Source of the DNA: Phycisphaera mikurensis NBRC 102666
GTDB taxonomy: Bacteria; Planctomycetota; Phycisphaerae; Phycisphaerales; Phycisphaeraceae
Direction: 5' to 3'
Assembly: GCF_000284115.1 (NCBI RefSeq)
Contig: NC_017080.1
Span: 3,240,001 to 3,272,000, forward strand
DNA: 32,000 nt
The notes beneath the pieces were generated by a model. That model was not told the origin of the DNA. It ran no database searches and was given only the letters and a program-made list of their open reading frames with translations. Position 1 is the stretch's first letter. Each line of letters opens with the position of its first letter. This document shows, piece after piece, positions 1 through 8,161 of this stretch. Position numbers and translations under genes: made by a program.

Positions 1-432
1 TTCGCGAGCGCGCCCGACCCGACGATCAAGCAGATCCAGATCGCCGACATCCTCGACGCGCCCGGAACGCTGACCTACGCCGAGCACCACATCCCCAAGA
101 ACGTGCAGGGGGCATTCGACTTCCAGAGCGGCTGGCTCATCGAGCCCGGCGTCCAGTACATGACGGACCGCAACGCGACCGGAGCCGCGGACGCGCCGGT
201 CCAGCACCTCCCGCACGGCTCCCGCACCGGCGCGGTGGGGGATCCGCTGGACACGGTCAACGGCCTCTTCAACTACGCCTTCGCCGACGGCCACGCCTCC
301 ACCCTCGGCAGCCGAGAAACGTACCGCTACGACCGCGTCGGCACCGTCGCGAAGGAGCAGAACGTCGGGGGCGCCTGGACCCGCGCCTCCGGCGACGTCG
401 ACCCCTCCACCTTCAACTACGGCCGCTACTGA
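1..432 (+). CDS. C-terminal part of a prepilin-type (pseudopilin-like) protein with DGH-type C-terminal motif, truncated by window start
   Basis: Frame 1 is open from base 1; the C-terminus contains LFNYAFADGHASTLG, resembling [13 protein letters not shown] in the prepilin-type protein at 19031..19942. The N-terminus is outside the window. Confidence 0.65.
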   Translation, partial: FASAPDPTIKQIQIADILDAPGTLTYAEHHIPKNVQGAFDFQSGWLIEPGVQYMTDRNATGAADAPVQHLPHGSRTGAVGDPLDTVNGLFNYAFADGHASTLGSRETYRYDRVGTVAKEQNVGGAWTRASGDVDPSTFNYGRY

Positions 433-647
433 GCCACCTCGGCCTCCTCGGCCCGCCGCCGGGGGCACCGCCACGCCACGCCGCGCCGCGGGCCGCGCGC
501 GGGACTTTGCCGCGTGGCCGCAAGGCCCGCCCGCCTCCCCGGCGGAGGCCGCCCGAGGCCGAACCGTAACGCCCGCACGCCCCCCCGCGGCCGCGCGGGT
601 TCGGATCCGCCGCCACGGGGGCGAGCGTTTGTCTCCCGGACCTCTCC

Positions 648-2570
648 ATGAAGAATCTCCTCCTCGCGAGCCTCACCCCGCTGCTCCTCGCCGCGGCCAC
701 CGCCGCGGCCTCCCGCACGACCGCCTCCGCCGCTTGGCTTGCCGCCGCTGGAGGCGCGCAGATCGCCGGCTCGCCCGTGGAGGCGGAGAAGGCGACGCGC
801 GGCACGACGGAGGTGGAACCGCGGACCAACCCGATCGACCGCGACCTGGTGGAGCGGCTCGGGCCGGACGCCGAGCTCGTCATCGCCGGGAACCGGCCCG
901 CCGACTTCCGCGGCCCCGGGCCGGACCCGACCTCGCGGCTGACGCTCGTGCCCGTGGCGGGCGAGGATTTCGTGCAGGCCGCCCGAGTGAGCGTCGGCGA
1001 GGCGACCGACCCCATCTGGGACGCGCAGCTGACCTCGCCGCCGTCCACCGCCGCCGTGAAGAAGGGCGACGTGCTCTTCGGCTCGCTGGACCTGCGGGCC
1101 GTGAGCGAGAAGGAGTCCGGCGGCGGCCAGTTCGTCGGCTGGCTCCAGAACGGCGGCAGCGACTGGCACGGCTTCCGCAAGCTCGAGGGCGCCCCGGGCG
1201 CCGCCTGGCAGCGCCGCCACTTCGCGCTGAAGGCGGACGCGGACGCCGCGGCGGGCGAGATGGATTTCGTCTTCCAGCTGGGCATGATCCCGCAGGCGTT
1301 CGAGGTCGCCAACGTGCTGCTGTGGAACCTCGGCCCCGACGCCGAGCTCGACCGCCTGCCCAAAACCCGCCTGACCTACGAGGGCCAGGCCCCCGACGCG
1401 CCCTGGCGGGCGGAGGCCCGGCGGCGGATCGACGCGCACCGCAAAGCGGACCTGCGGGTTGCCGTCGTCGACGCGGCGGGCGAGCCGGTCCGCGGGGCAC
1501 GCGTCCGCGTCGCGATGGACAGGCTCGGCTTCGGCATCGGCACCTTCCTTTCCGACAGGCACGTCGCCGCCGACGACGCGACCGCGCAGCGCTACAAGCG
1601 GACGGTGCTCGCGCACTTCAACCGGGTCACCGCGCCGAGCTACGGGGCCCAGGCCTGGGGCTGGCCCGATCCGGCGTCCCGCGAGCGGTACCTGGCCACC
1701 CTCGCTTGGGCGTCCGAGCAGGACCTGACCCTCAAGGCCCACCCGATCGTGTGGTCCCGCTTCGACTGGATGCCGCGGTCGTTCAGCGAGGCCAGAGACG
1801 ACCCCTCGGCGTTGCGGGCGGAGATCGAGCGCTACATCACCGAGGTCGCGACGATCCTCGCCGAACACCGGGTGGAGGAGGTCGACGCGCTCAACGAGCC
1901 GGTGCTCTTCCACGAGTTCGACGACGTCATCCGCGCGCCCGGCCTCCGCGCGGCGTGGTTCGAGGCCGCGCACGACGCGGCGCCGCGGATGCGGCTCTTG
2001 ATCAACGAGCACGGCGTCCTCTCCGCGGGCGGGCGCAACCGCATCAAGCAGGACAAGTACGCCGCCATCATCGAGGACCTGCTCGGACGCGGCGTCCCGC
2101 TGGGCGGCATCGGGTTCCAGGGCCACATCGGCGAGGACTTCACGCCGCCGGAGAAGCTCTGGGAGGTGCTCGATCGGTTCGCTGCCTTCGGCCTGCCGCT
2201 GCACGTCACCGAGTTCGACATCAACACCGAGGACGAGGACACGCAGGCGGATTACCTCCGCGACTTCGTCACCGCGGTGTACGCCCACCCCGCGGTCGAG
2301 AGCGTCACCTTCTGGGGTTTCTGGGGCGGGGCGATGTGGATCCCCAACGCCCAGCTCTGGCGGGAGGATTGGACCATGAAGCCCGGCGCCGAAGCGCTGG
2401 TGGAGCTCACCGGCGAGACGCTCCGCACCGACGAGCGTGTGGTCACGGGCGCGGACGGCACCGCCACCGTCCGCGGCCACCTCGGGGCCTACACCGCGAG
2501 CGCCGGCGGCGTCTCGCAGAGGGTCGAGCTCGGCGGAGGCGGCGCCACCGTCACGCTCCGCCTCCCGTGA
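648..2570 (+). CDS. GH10 family endo-1,4-beta-xylanase-like protein, signal peptide plus N-terminal accessory region
   Basis: N-terminal hydrophobic signal; GH10 hallmarks KAHPIVW, EVDALNEPVLF (acid/base Glu), GIGFQGHIGE, LHVTEFDINTED (nucleophile Glu), VTFWGFWGG. Confidence 0.88.
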   Translation: MKNLLLASLTPLLLAAATAAASRTTASAAWLAAAGGAQIAGSPVEAEKATRGTTEVEPRTNPIDRDLVERLGPDAELVIAGNRPADFRGPGPDPTSRLTLVPVAGEDFVQAARVSVGEATDPIWDAQLTSPPSTAAVKKGDVLFGSLDLRAVSEKESGGGQFVGWLQNGGSDWHGFRKLEGAPGAAWQRRHFALKADADAAAGEMDFVFQLGMIPQAFEVANVLLWNLGPDAELDRLPKTRLTYEGQAPDAPWRAEARRRIDAHRKADLRVAVVDAAGEPVRGARVRVAMDRLGFGIGTFLSDRHVAADDATAQRYKRTVLAHFNRVTAPSYGAQAWGWPDPASRERYLATLAWASEQDLTLKAHPIVWSRFDWMPRSFSEARDDPSALRAEIERYITEVATILAEHRVEEVDALNEPVLFHEFDDVIRAPGLRAAWFEAAHDAAPRMRLLINEHGVLSAGGRNRIKQDKYAAIIEDLLGRGVPLGGIGFQGHIGEDFTPPEKLWEVLDRFAAFGLPLHVTEFDINTEDEDTQADYLRDFVTAVYAHPAVESVTFWGFWGGAMWIPNAQLWREDWTMKPGAEALVELTGETLRTDERVVTGADGTATVRGHLGAYTASAGGVSQRVELGGGGATVTLRLP

Positions 2571-2668
2571 AGCCGCGGACCGGAGGCGGGAACGGCTTCT
2601 TCGGCCCACGGTCCGCGGGTCCGGGGCCTACGCCGCCCGCGGCCGCTCCCGCGGCTTTACGCTAGACC

Positions 2669-5167
2669 ATGCCCCTGGGACCCGCCCCGCCCGCCGACCA
2701 TCCGATCCGCCGCGCCTCGTGGATCTGGCCGGAGCCGGCCCACCTGCCGCGGCACAACGTGCACGCCCACTTCCACCGGGTCCTCCGGCTCGACGAGGTG
2801 CCGGCCTCGGCCCCGTGCCACGTGACCGCCGACGCGCAGTACGTGCTCCGGGTCAACGGCCGCTACGCCAACCGCGGGCCCGCCCGCGGCTTCCAGACGG
2901 CGTGGCCGTTCGACACGCACGACATCACCCGCCTGCTGCGGCCCGGCGAGAACGTGGTCGCCGCGACGGTCTACTGCCCCGGCCACGGCACCTTCTCGCA
3001 CGTGGATGCCGCGGCGGCCGGGCTGCTGATGGCGATCGAGCTGCCGGGCGGGGACGTCCTCACCGACGGGTCCTGGTCGACGCGGCTGGACCCCACGCAC
3101 GGCCGGCTCACGCCGATGCTGTCGGTCCAGATGAGCCACCAGGAGCAGGTCGATCTCCGCGCCGCGGACGGCTGGGAGGAGGCGATCACGCCGACCGACG
3201 ACGCCGCGCCCGACGCCCCCGACCCGCTCGGCGCCCCCGCCTCCGCCTACGCCTGGCACCCGCCGGGCAACGTCCACCCCTTCGGCCGCCCGCCGTGGAA
3301 CGACCTCACGGAGCGCGGCGTCCCGCCGCTGACGTCGAACGTCCTGCCCTACGGCGACGCCGTGGCCACGGCGACCGGCCCCGCCGACGCCGCGGCGGAT
3401 CCGACCGCGGCGTGGTGGGCGTACCACCGCGCGCTCTCGTGGGACCCGGCACCCGCGGCCCCCGCGCCGGTGCCCGCCGGCGGGGTCGCGGTCCGCCTCT
3501 ACGACCTCGGCCACGTCCGCCTCGGGACCGCGATCGTCGAAGCGCCCGCCGCCGAGGGGGTGCGGGTCGACCTGCTGTACGTGCAGGCGGTGGACGAGAG
3601 CGGCGTGCCGATCCTCGACGACCCGGGCGTCGGCAGCCGCATCTCGCTCGCCAACCGCCTGATCCTCGGGCCCGACCCGCACGATTGGGAGGCCTTCCTC
3701 CCCATGGGCCACCGGCAGCTCGCCGTCGTCGTGCACGGGCCGGCCCCCGCGATCGACCTCGCCCCCAAGCTCCGCGAGACGGTCTACCCGCTCAACGCCG
3801 AGGGCTCGTTCGACACCGACGAGCAGAGCCTCAACGAGATCTGGAACCTGTGCCGGGTGACGCAGCGGGCCTGCCTGTCCGACGCGTACACCGACACCCC
3901 CTGGCGCGAGCAGGCCCAGTGGTGGGGCGACGCGCGGGTGCAGTCGCAGAACACCTTCCACCTCGTGCCCGACGACCGCCCGCTCGTGCGCGGCGTCCGC
4001 CAGATCGGCCACCAGCGGCTGCCCAACGGCCTCACCTACGGCCACGCCCCCACGGTGGCGCACAGCTGCGTGCTGCCCGACTTCACGCTCACCTGGCTGC
4101 TCACCCTCTGGGACCACTTCTGGCAGACCGGCGACCCCTCGCTGCTGCTCGAGCAGGAGGACGGCGTCCGCCGCGCCCTCGATTACTTCCGTCCCGGCGG
4201 CGGCGGCATGGGCGACGACGGGCTGCTGAAGGCCGACCCGCGCTACTGGCTGTTCCTGGACTGGTGCGACGTGCACAAGGAGGGCACGCCCACGCTGCTG
4301 AACCTCTGGCACGCCTGGGCCCTGGACGCCGTCGCCGGCGTGTACGCCGCCGCCGGCCGGGACGCCGACGCCGCGGCGCTGCGGGCCGAGCGCTCGGCGC
4401 AGCTCACCCGGATGGACGAGCTGCTCTTCGACGCGGAGCGCGGCCTCTACCGCGACGGCCTCGCCGACGACGGCGAGCCCGTCGACCGCTTCAGCGTCCA
4501 GAACCAGACCCTCGCCCTGCTCGCCGGCCTGCACGATCCCGCACCCCTGCAGCGGCGTGTCGCCGACTGCCTCGGCGGCGAGCTGCACGGCGGCGCCAAC
4601 CCGTCGAGCTACTGGATCACCTACCTCTACGACGCCGCGGAGCGGGCGGGCCTGGAACGTCCGATGCTCGACCACATCCGGCGGCACTGGACGCCGATGC
4701 TCCCACACGGCGGCTGCTGGGAGTCCTTCGAGACGCCCGCGAAGATCCGCCAGGAGAGCGTCAGCCACGCCTGGGCCGCCCACCCGCTGTTCCACCTGAT
4801 GCGTGCGCTGGGCGGCGTCCGCCAGGCGGCGCCGGCGTGGAGCGAGGTGCTCTTCCGCCCGGTGCTCGACCGGCCCGAGGCCTCGCGCGCGGCGACGGCC
4901 TGGCCGACGCCGCGGGGGGTCCTCCGGTCGCGGTGGAGCCGGGACGGGGGCACGGCCGCGGTGACCCTGGAGGTTCCCGAAGGCGTCACCGCGAGGATCG
5001 AGCTTCCCGGCGTGCCGCCGGCGAGCGTCGGAGCCGGCACCCACCGCTGGTCCGTCGGGATCCAGAGCGTCGTGCGGCACGAGGCGGCGAGGGCCTCGCC
5101 GCCCGCCCCCGCCGCGGCACGGTCCGAAGCGTCGCGGTCCTCCGGACAAACCCCCGCGGAGTCTTGA
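2669..5167 (+). CDS. GH78 family alpha-L-rhamnosidase-like protein
   Basis: ASWIWPE N-terminus, ETVYPLNAEGSFDTDEQSLNEIWNLCRVTQRACLSDAYTDTPWREQAQWWGDARVQ catalytic region, TYGHAPTVAHSCVLPDFTLTWLLTLWDHFWQTGD, and SVSHAWAAHPLFHLMRALGGVRQ. No obvious signal peptide. Confidence 0.85.
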   Translation: MPLGPAPPADHPIRRASWIWPEPAHLPRHNVHAHFHRVLRLDEVPASAPCHVTADAQYVLRVNGRYANRGPARGFQTAWPFDTHDITRLLRPGENVVAATVYCPGHGTFSHVDAAAAGLLMAIELPGGDVLTDGSWSTRLDPTHGRLTPMLSVQMSHQEQVDLRAADGWEEAITPTDDAAPDAPDPLGAPASAYAWHPPGNVHPFGRPPWNDLTERGVPPLTSNVLPYGDAVATATGPADAAADPTAAWWAYHRALSWDPAPAAPAPVPAGGVAVRLYDLGHVRLGTAIVEAPAAEGVRVDLLYVQAVDESGVPILDDPGVGSRISLANRLILGPDPHDWEAFLPMGHRQLAVVVHGPAPAIDLAPKLRETVYPLNAEGSFDTDEQSLNEIWNLCRVTQRACLSDAYTDTPWREQAQWWGDARVQSQNTFHLVPDDRPLVRGVRQIGHQRLPNGLTYGHAPTVAHSCVLPDFTLTWLLTLWDHFWQTGDPSLLLEQEDGVRRALDYFRPGGGGMGDDGLLKADPRYWLFLDWCDVHKEGTPTLLNLWHAWALDAVAGVYAAAGRDADAAALRAERSAQLTRMDELLFDAERGLYRDGLADDGEPVDRFSVQNQTLALLAGLHDPAPLQRRVADCLGGELHGGANPSSYWITYLYDAAERAGLERPMLDHIRRHWTPMLPHGGCWESFETPAKIRQESVSHAWAAHPLFHLMRALGGVRQAAPAWSEVLFRPVLDRPEASRAATAWPTPRGVLRSRWSRDGGTAAVTLEVPEGVTARIELPGVPPASVGAGTHRWSVGIQSVVRHEAARASPPAPAAARSEASRSSGQTPAES

Positions 5168-5351
5168 CGCGGCGGGCCCGCAACGTCCGATAGTGGCGAG
5201 CCTCGCCGGGGCGGCCGCAGCGGCCGCTCCCGGCTAGTGTTTCCAACCGGTTCCGAGCGTCGCGTGGACGATTCGGCGCCCCCCGCTCCGGCGGGAGCAG
5301 GCGAAACACCGGCCCCCGGGCCCAGCGCCCAGCTCCAGAAGAAGGACCCCC

Positions 5352-6035
5352 ATGTTCGGTTTCCGTGCATCCCATGTCTCCGCTTTCGCCGCCGGCCTCG
5401 CCCTCACCGGCGCCGCCACCGCGCAGAACGATCCGTACGTGCAGCCCGCCGGCGTCGAGCCCGACCCCGGGATGATCGAGGCCCGCGAGGGCGTCACCGC
5501 CCCCGGCGTCTACGAGACCACCGACTACTCCACCACCGTCGACGCCGACTACACCCGCGAGCGCAGCAGCCGCGACGTGCTCACCGGCCCCTACCAGGGC
5601 GCCTGGGAATTCCTGATCGGCGGCTCGGGCTCGAGCGACCAGGACTTCGACAGCAACAACGTCACCGTCGACGTGACGCTGGGCTACTACCTCACCGACA
5701 CCGTCGAGGTCGGCGTTCGCCAGAACGTCAGCGTCGCCGGCAACGAGGACGACACCAGCTGGAACGGCGCCACCACCGGCTTCGCCGACTACGTCTTCGA
5801 CTTCGACGCCTTCCGCCCCTTCGTCGGCGTCTCGCTGGGCTACCTCTACGGCGACGACACCAACGACACGTTCATCGGCGGCCCCGAGGCCGGCGTCAAG
5901 TACTACCTCAAGGACGACGCCTTCATCTTCGGCCGCGTGAACTACGACTTCCTCTTCGACTCCGGCGACGAGATCGACGACAACTTCGAGGACGGCCGCT
6001 TCGTCTACTCGATCGGCCTGGGCATCAACTTCTAG
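5352..6035 (+). CDS. outer-membrane beta-barrel protein
   Basis: Signal-like N-terminus MFGFRASHVSAFAAGLALTGAATAQ; alternating strands (VTVDVTLGYYLTDTVEVGVRQNVSV, FRPFVGVSLGYLYGDD, FIFGRVNYDFLFD) ending in the C-terminal aromatic signature YSIGLGINF. Confidence 0.75.
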   Translation: MFGFRASHVSAFAAGLALTGAATAQNDPYVQPAGVEPDPGMIEAREGVTAPGVYETTDYSTTVDADYTRERSSRDVLTGPYQGAWEFLIGGSGSSDQDFDSNNVTVDVTLGYYLTDTVEVGVRQNVSVAGNEDDTSWNGATTGFADYVFDFDAFRPFVGVSLGYLYGDDTNDTFIGGPEAGVKYYLKDDAFIFGRVNYDFLFDSGDEIDDNFEDGRFVYSIGLGINF

Positions 6036-6118
6036 TGCCGCGGCTGCCGCCGATCTGCGGGTGAGGCGTGTAGCGTCACCGTGCACGTGTTCACCACCAA
6101 ATGCAACGGAGGCCAAGG

Positions 6119-6583
6119 ATGGCTGCGAAGCTCAAGAATCGGAAGCTCTACCACGTCCACCTCACCGACGACGAGCGGGAGCAGCTGACCACGCTGGTCC
6201 GCAGCGGCCGCGTCGCCGGCTGGAAGATCCAGCGGGCGCAAGCCCTGCTCAAGTGCGACGAATCGCCCGGCGCTCCGGCCTGGACCGACGAGCAGATCGC
6301 CGAGGCTTTCGACGCGGGTGTCCGCACTGTGGAGGGCTGGCGGAAGAAGGCTGTCGAGGAAGGTCCGCTCTCGTTGCTCGAACGCAAGCCTCAAGACCGC
6401 GCGATGCAACGCAAGCTCGACGGCGTAGGCGAAGCTCAGCTGGTGACGATCGCCTGCTCGGACCCGCCCGAGGGCCATGATCGCTGGAGCCTCCGCCTCC
6501 TGGCCGGCCGGCTGGTGGAGCTGAAGGTGGTGGACTCGATCAGCCGCGAAGCGGTGCGGTGCGCTCTTCAAAAAACGGTCTGA
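6119..6583 (+). CDS. IS630 family transposase ORF A (N-terminal HTH region)
   Basis: MAAKLKNRKLYHVHLTDDEREQLTTLVRSGRVAGWKIQRAQALLKCDE...AWTDEQIAEAFDAGVRTVEGWRKKAVEEGPLSLLERK. The ORF track starts at 6101; ATG 6119 is my preferred start. Confidence 0.85.
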   Translation: MAAKLKNRKLYHVHLTDDEREQLTTLVRSGRVAGWKIQRAQALLKCDESPGAPAWTDEQIAEAFDAGVRTVEGWRKKAVEEGPLSLLERKPQDRAMQRKLDGVGEAQLVTIACSDPPEGHDRWSLRLLAGRLVELKVVDSISREAVRCALQKTV

Positions 6584-7272
6584 AGCCGTGGAGGAAGAAG
6601 ATGTGGTGCATCCCGCCGGAGCAGTCCGCGGCGTTCGTGGCGGCCATGGAGGCGGTGCTGTGCCTGTACGCGCTCGCCTACGACCCGGCGTTGCCGGTGG
6701 TGTGCATGGACGAGCAGCCCAAGCAGCTCATCGGCGAGACCCGCCGCCGCTTCACCGACTCCACCGGCCGTCGGATCGAGGACCACGAGTACGTGCGGCA
6801 CGGCACCTGCAACCTGTGGATGTTCACCGAGCCGTTGGCTGGGTGGCGGGACGTTCGGACCAGTCGGCGACGCACCGCGGCGGACTGGGCCCACCAGATC
6901 CAGGCGTTGGTGGACGCCCCGCGTTATGAGTCAGCGACGCGGATCCGCCTGGTGTGCGACAACCTGAACACCCACAGGATCGCGTCGTTGTACGAAGCAT
7001 TTGAGGCAGCAGAGGCGCGGCGGATCGCTGAGCGGATCGAGCTGGTGCACACGCCGGCCCACGGTTCGTGGCTGAACATCGCCGAGTGCGAACTGAGTGT
7101 GCTCTCAAGGCAATGCCTCGGCCGACGGATCGACACCATCCAGGAGATCGATCGCGAGGCCCGAGCCTGGGCGGCCGCTCGCAACCAGAGCCAGCGAGGC
7201 GTGCACTGGCAGTTCACCGCCGATGACGCCCGGATCAAGCTGCTGAGCCTCTACCCGCGGATCGCGGCGTGA
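6559..7272 (+). CDS. IS630 family transposase ORF B (DDE catalytic domain), probably made as a frameshift fusion with ORF A
   Basis: LKPWRKKMWCIPP linker; D in VVCMDEQPK, D in RIRLVCDNLNTH, and E in HTPAHGSWLNIAECELSVL form the DDE triad. Confidence 0.88.
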   Translation: MRSSKNGLKPWRKKMWCIPPEQSAAFVAAMEAVLCLYALAYDPALPVVCMDEQPKQLIGETRRRFTDSTGRRIEDHEYVRHGTCNLWMFTEPLAGWRDVRTSRRRTAADWAHQIQALVDAPRYESATRIRLVCDNLNTHRIASLYEAFEAAEARRIAERIELVHTPAHGSWLNIAECELSVLSRQCLGRRIDTIQEIDREARAWAAARNQSQRGVHWQFTADDARIKLLSLYPRIAA

Positions 7273-7285
7273 CGCGGCACTAGAG

Positions 7286-7436
7286 CATCGTGCGCAATTC
7301 TCCGATCGGCCTGCGTCCGCGAGTCGTGTCCCTCGTGAGGAGGCGAAGCAGCCCTGCCCCTGCAGGGCGATGCAGCCGACGAAGCGAGGGGCACGACTCG
7401 CCCGCAGAGGCGATCGGAAAACTGCGCACGGTGCGA
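7286..7436. repeat. long imperfect hairpin / inverted repeat (possible MITE, REP-like unit or structured 3' UTR)
   Basis: Left arm TGCGCAATTCTCCGATCGGCCTGCGTCCGCGAGTCGTGTCCCTCG (7291..7335); reverse complement of right arm TGCGCAGTTTTCCGATCGCCTCTGCGGGCGAGTCGTGCCCCTCG (7385..7428). Nested inner stem GCCCTGC/GCAGGGC (7351-7357/7362-7368). Confidence 0.75.
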
Positions 7437-7542
7437 TAAGGCCCGCCGCTCCGCGGAGTGCTCCGGCCTCCGACGGATCGATGGTTCCTACCCGGGTCGG
7501 TCCAACGGCTGCGGCCGGCGAGGCCCGGGGAACTGAAAAGCG

Positions 7543-7574
7543 AAAGACCGGCCCGCCTGGCGGGCCGGTCTTTT
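7543..7574. terminator. strong, potentially bidirectional Rho-independent terminator
   Basis: AAAGACCGGCCCG-CCTGG-CGGGCCGGTCTTTT: perfect GC stem with a flanking A-tract and T-tract. Confidence 0.85.
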
Positions 7575-7631
7575 CTCGCGCCGGCACCGCAGAGACGCCG
7601 CGGCCGGGGCCCATTTGCCCTAGGTTTCGCC

Positions 7632-8054
7632 GTGGCCCACGCACCCATCCGCTTCAACAACGCCGCCGGGAACCCGTCGCTCGCGGGCGGCCCGGGCGAG
7701 CCGGAGGTCACGCCCGCGGACCGGGGCGTGACACCGGTGGACCTCGACCTCAAGAAGGACGAGGCGCTCACCGTCCGCTGGTCGGACGGGCGGACCAGCG
7801 TGTTCCCGGTGGCGGCGCTGCGCCGCTGGTCGCCCTCGGCGGAAGCTTCCGAGTTCCGCAAGGCGCAGGCGGACAACCCGCTGGCGGTTCTGCCCGGCGG
7901 CGACGCCACCGGCCCCGTGACCGCGACCTCGGCGGAGCTCGTCGGGAAGTACGCGCTGCGGATCGGCTTCTCCGACGGGCACGCGACGGGGCTGTTCTCT
8001 TGGGATTACCTGCGGGCGCTGGACCGCCACCTGGGCAAAGCCGGATCGTCATGA
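7632..8054 (+). CDS. DUF971 / gamma-butyrobetaine hydroxylase-like N-terminal domain protein
   Basis: GTG start; TPVDLDLKKDEALTVRWSDGRTSVFPVAALR...YALRIGFSDGHATGLFSWDYLRAL matches the DUF971 pattern. The upstream part of the 7458..8054 ORF crosses a terminator and is unlikely to be coding. Confidence 0.8.
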   Translation: MAHAPIRFNNAAGNPSLAGGPGEPEVTPADRGVTPVDLDLKKDEALTVRWSDGRTSVFPVAALRRWSPSAEASEFRKAQADNPLAVLPGGDATGPVTATSAELVGKYALRIGFSDGHATGLFSWDYLRALDRHLGKAGSS

Positions 8055-8161
8055 TCCTCACGCAACGCTCACTCCGGCGTTTTACGGTCCGGCCCGCCGG
8101 GCTGCGCCCGGCTCTGAGGCGGCCCACCCGGGCCGCCCGCCTGTCACCCCGGAGCCCCAAG

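Larger units (their letters stand above)
6035..7280 (+). mobile_element. IS630-family insertion sequence, about 1246 bp, flanked by TA (6033-6034 and 7281-7282)
   Basis: Left end TA|GTGCCGCGGCTGCCGCCGATCTGCGGGTGAGGC; reverse complement of right end TA|GTGCCGCGTCACGCCGCGATCCGCGGGTAGAGGC. These are imperfect ~33-bp TIRs starting with identical GTGCCGCG and next to TA, as expected for the IS630/Tc1 group. They enclose both transposase ORFs. Confidence 0.9.

Noticed and set aside
2437-5193. 918-aa plus-strand ORF overlapping the GH78 gene
   Set aside because: Alternate-frame shadow of the GH78 rhamnosidase-like CDS; no domain content.
7105-7644. 179-aa minus-strand ORF spanning the IS right end, hairpin and terminator
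   Set aside because: Crosses the IS boundary, a long hairpin and a strong terminator; no recognisable protein features.
8055-8161. Possible Pho box upstream of the phosphate-selective-type porin
   Set aside because: Only a single CTGTCA-like element is visible (CCTGTCACC); no convincing direct repeat with 11-nt periodicity.
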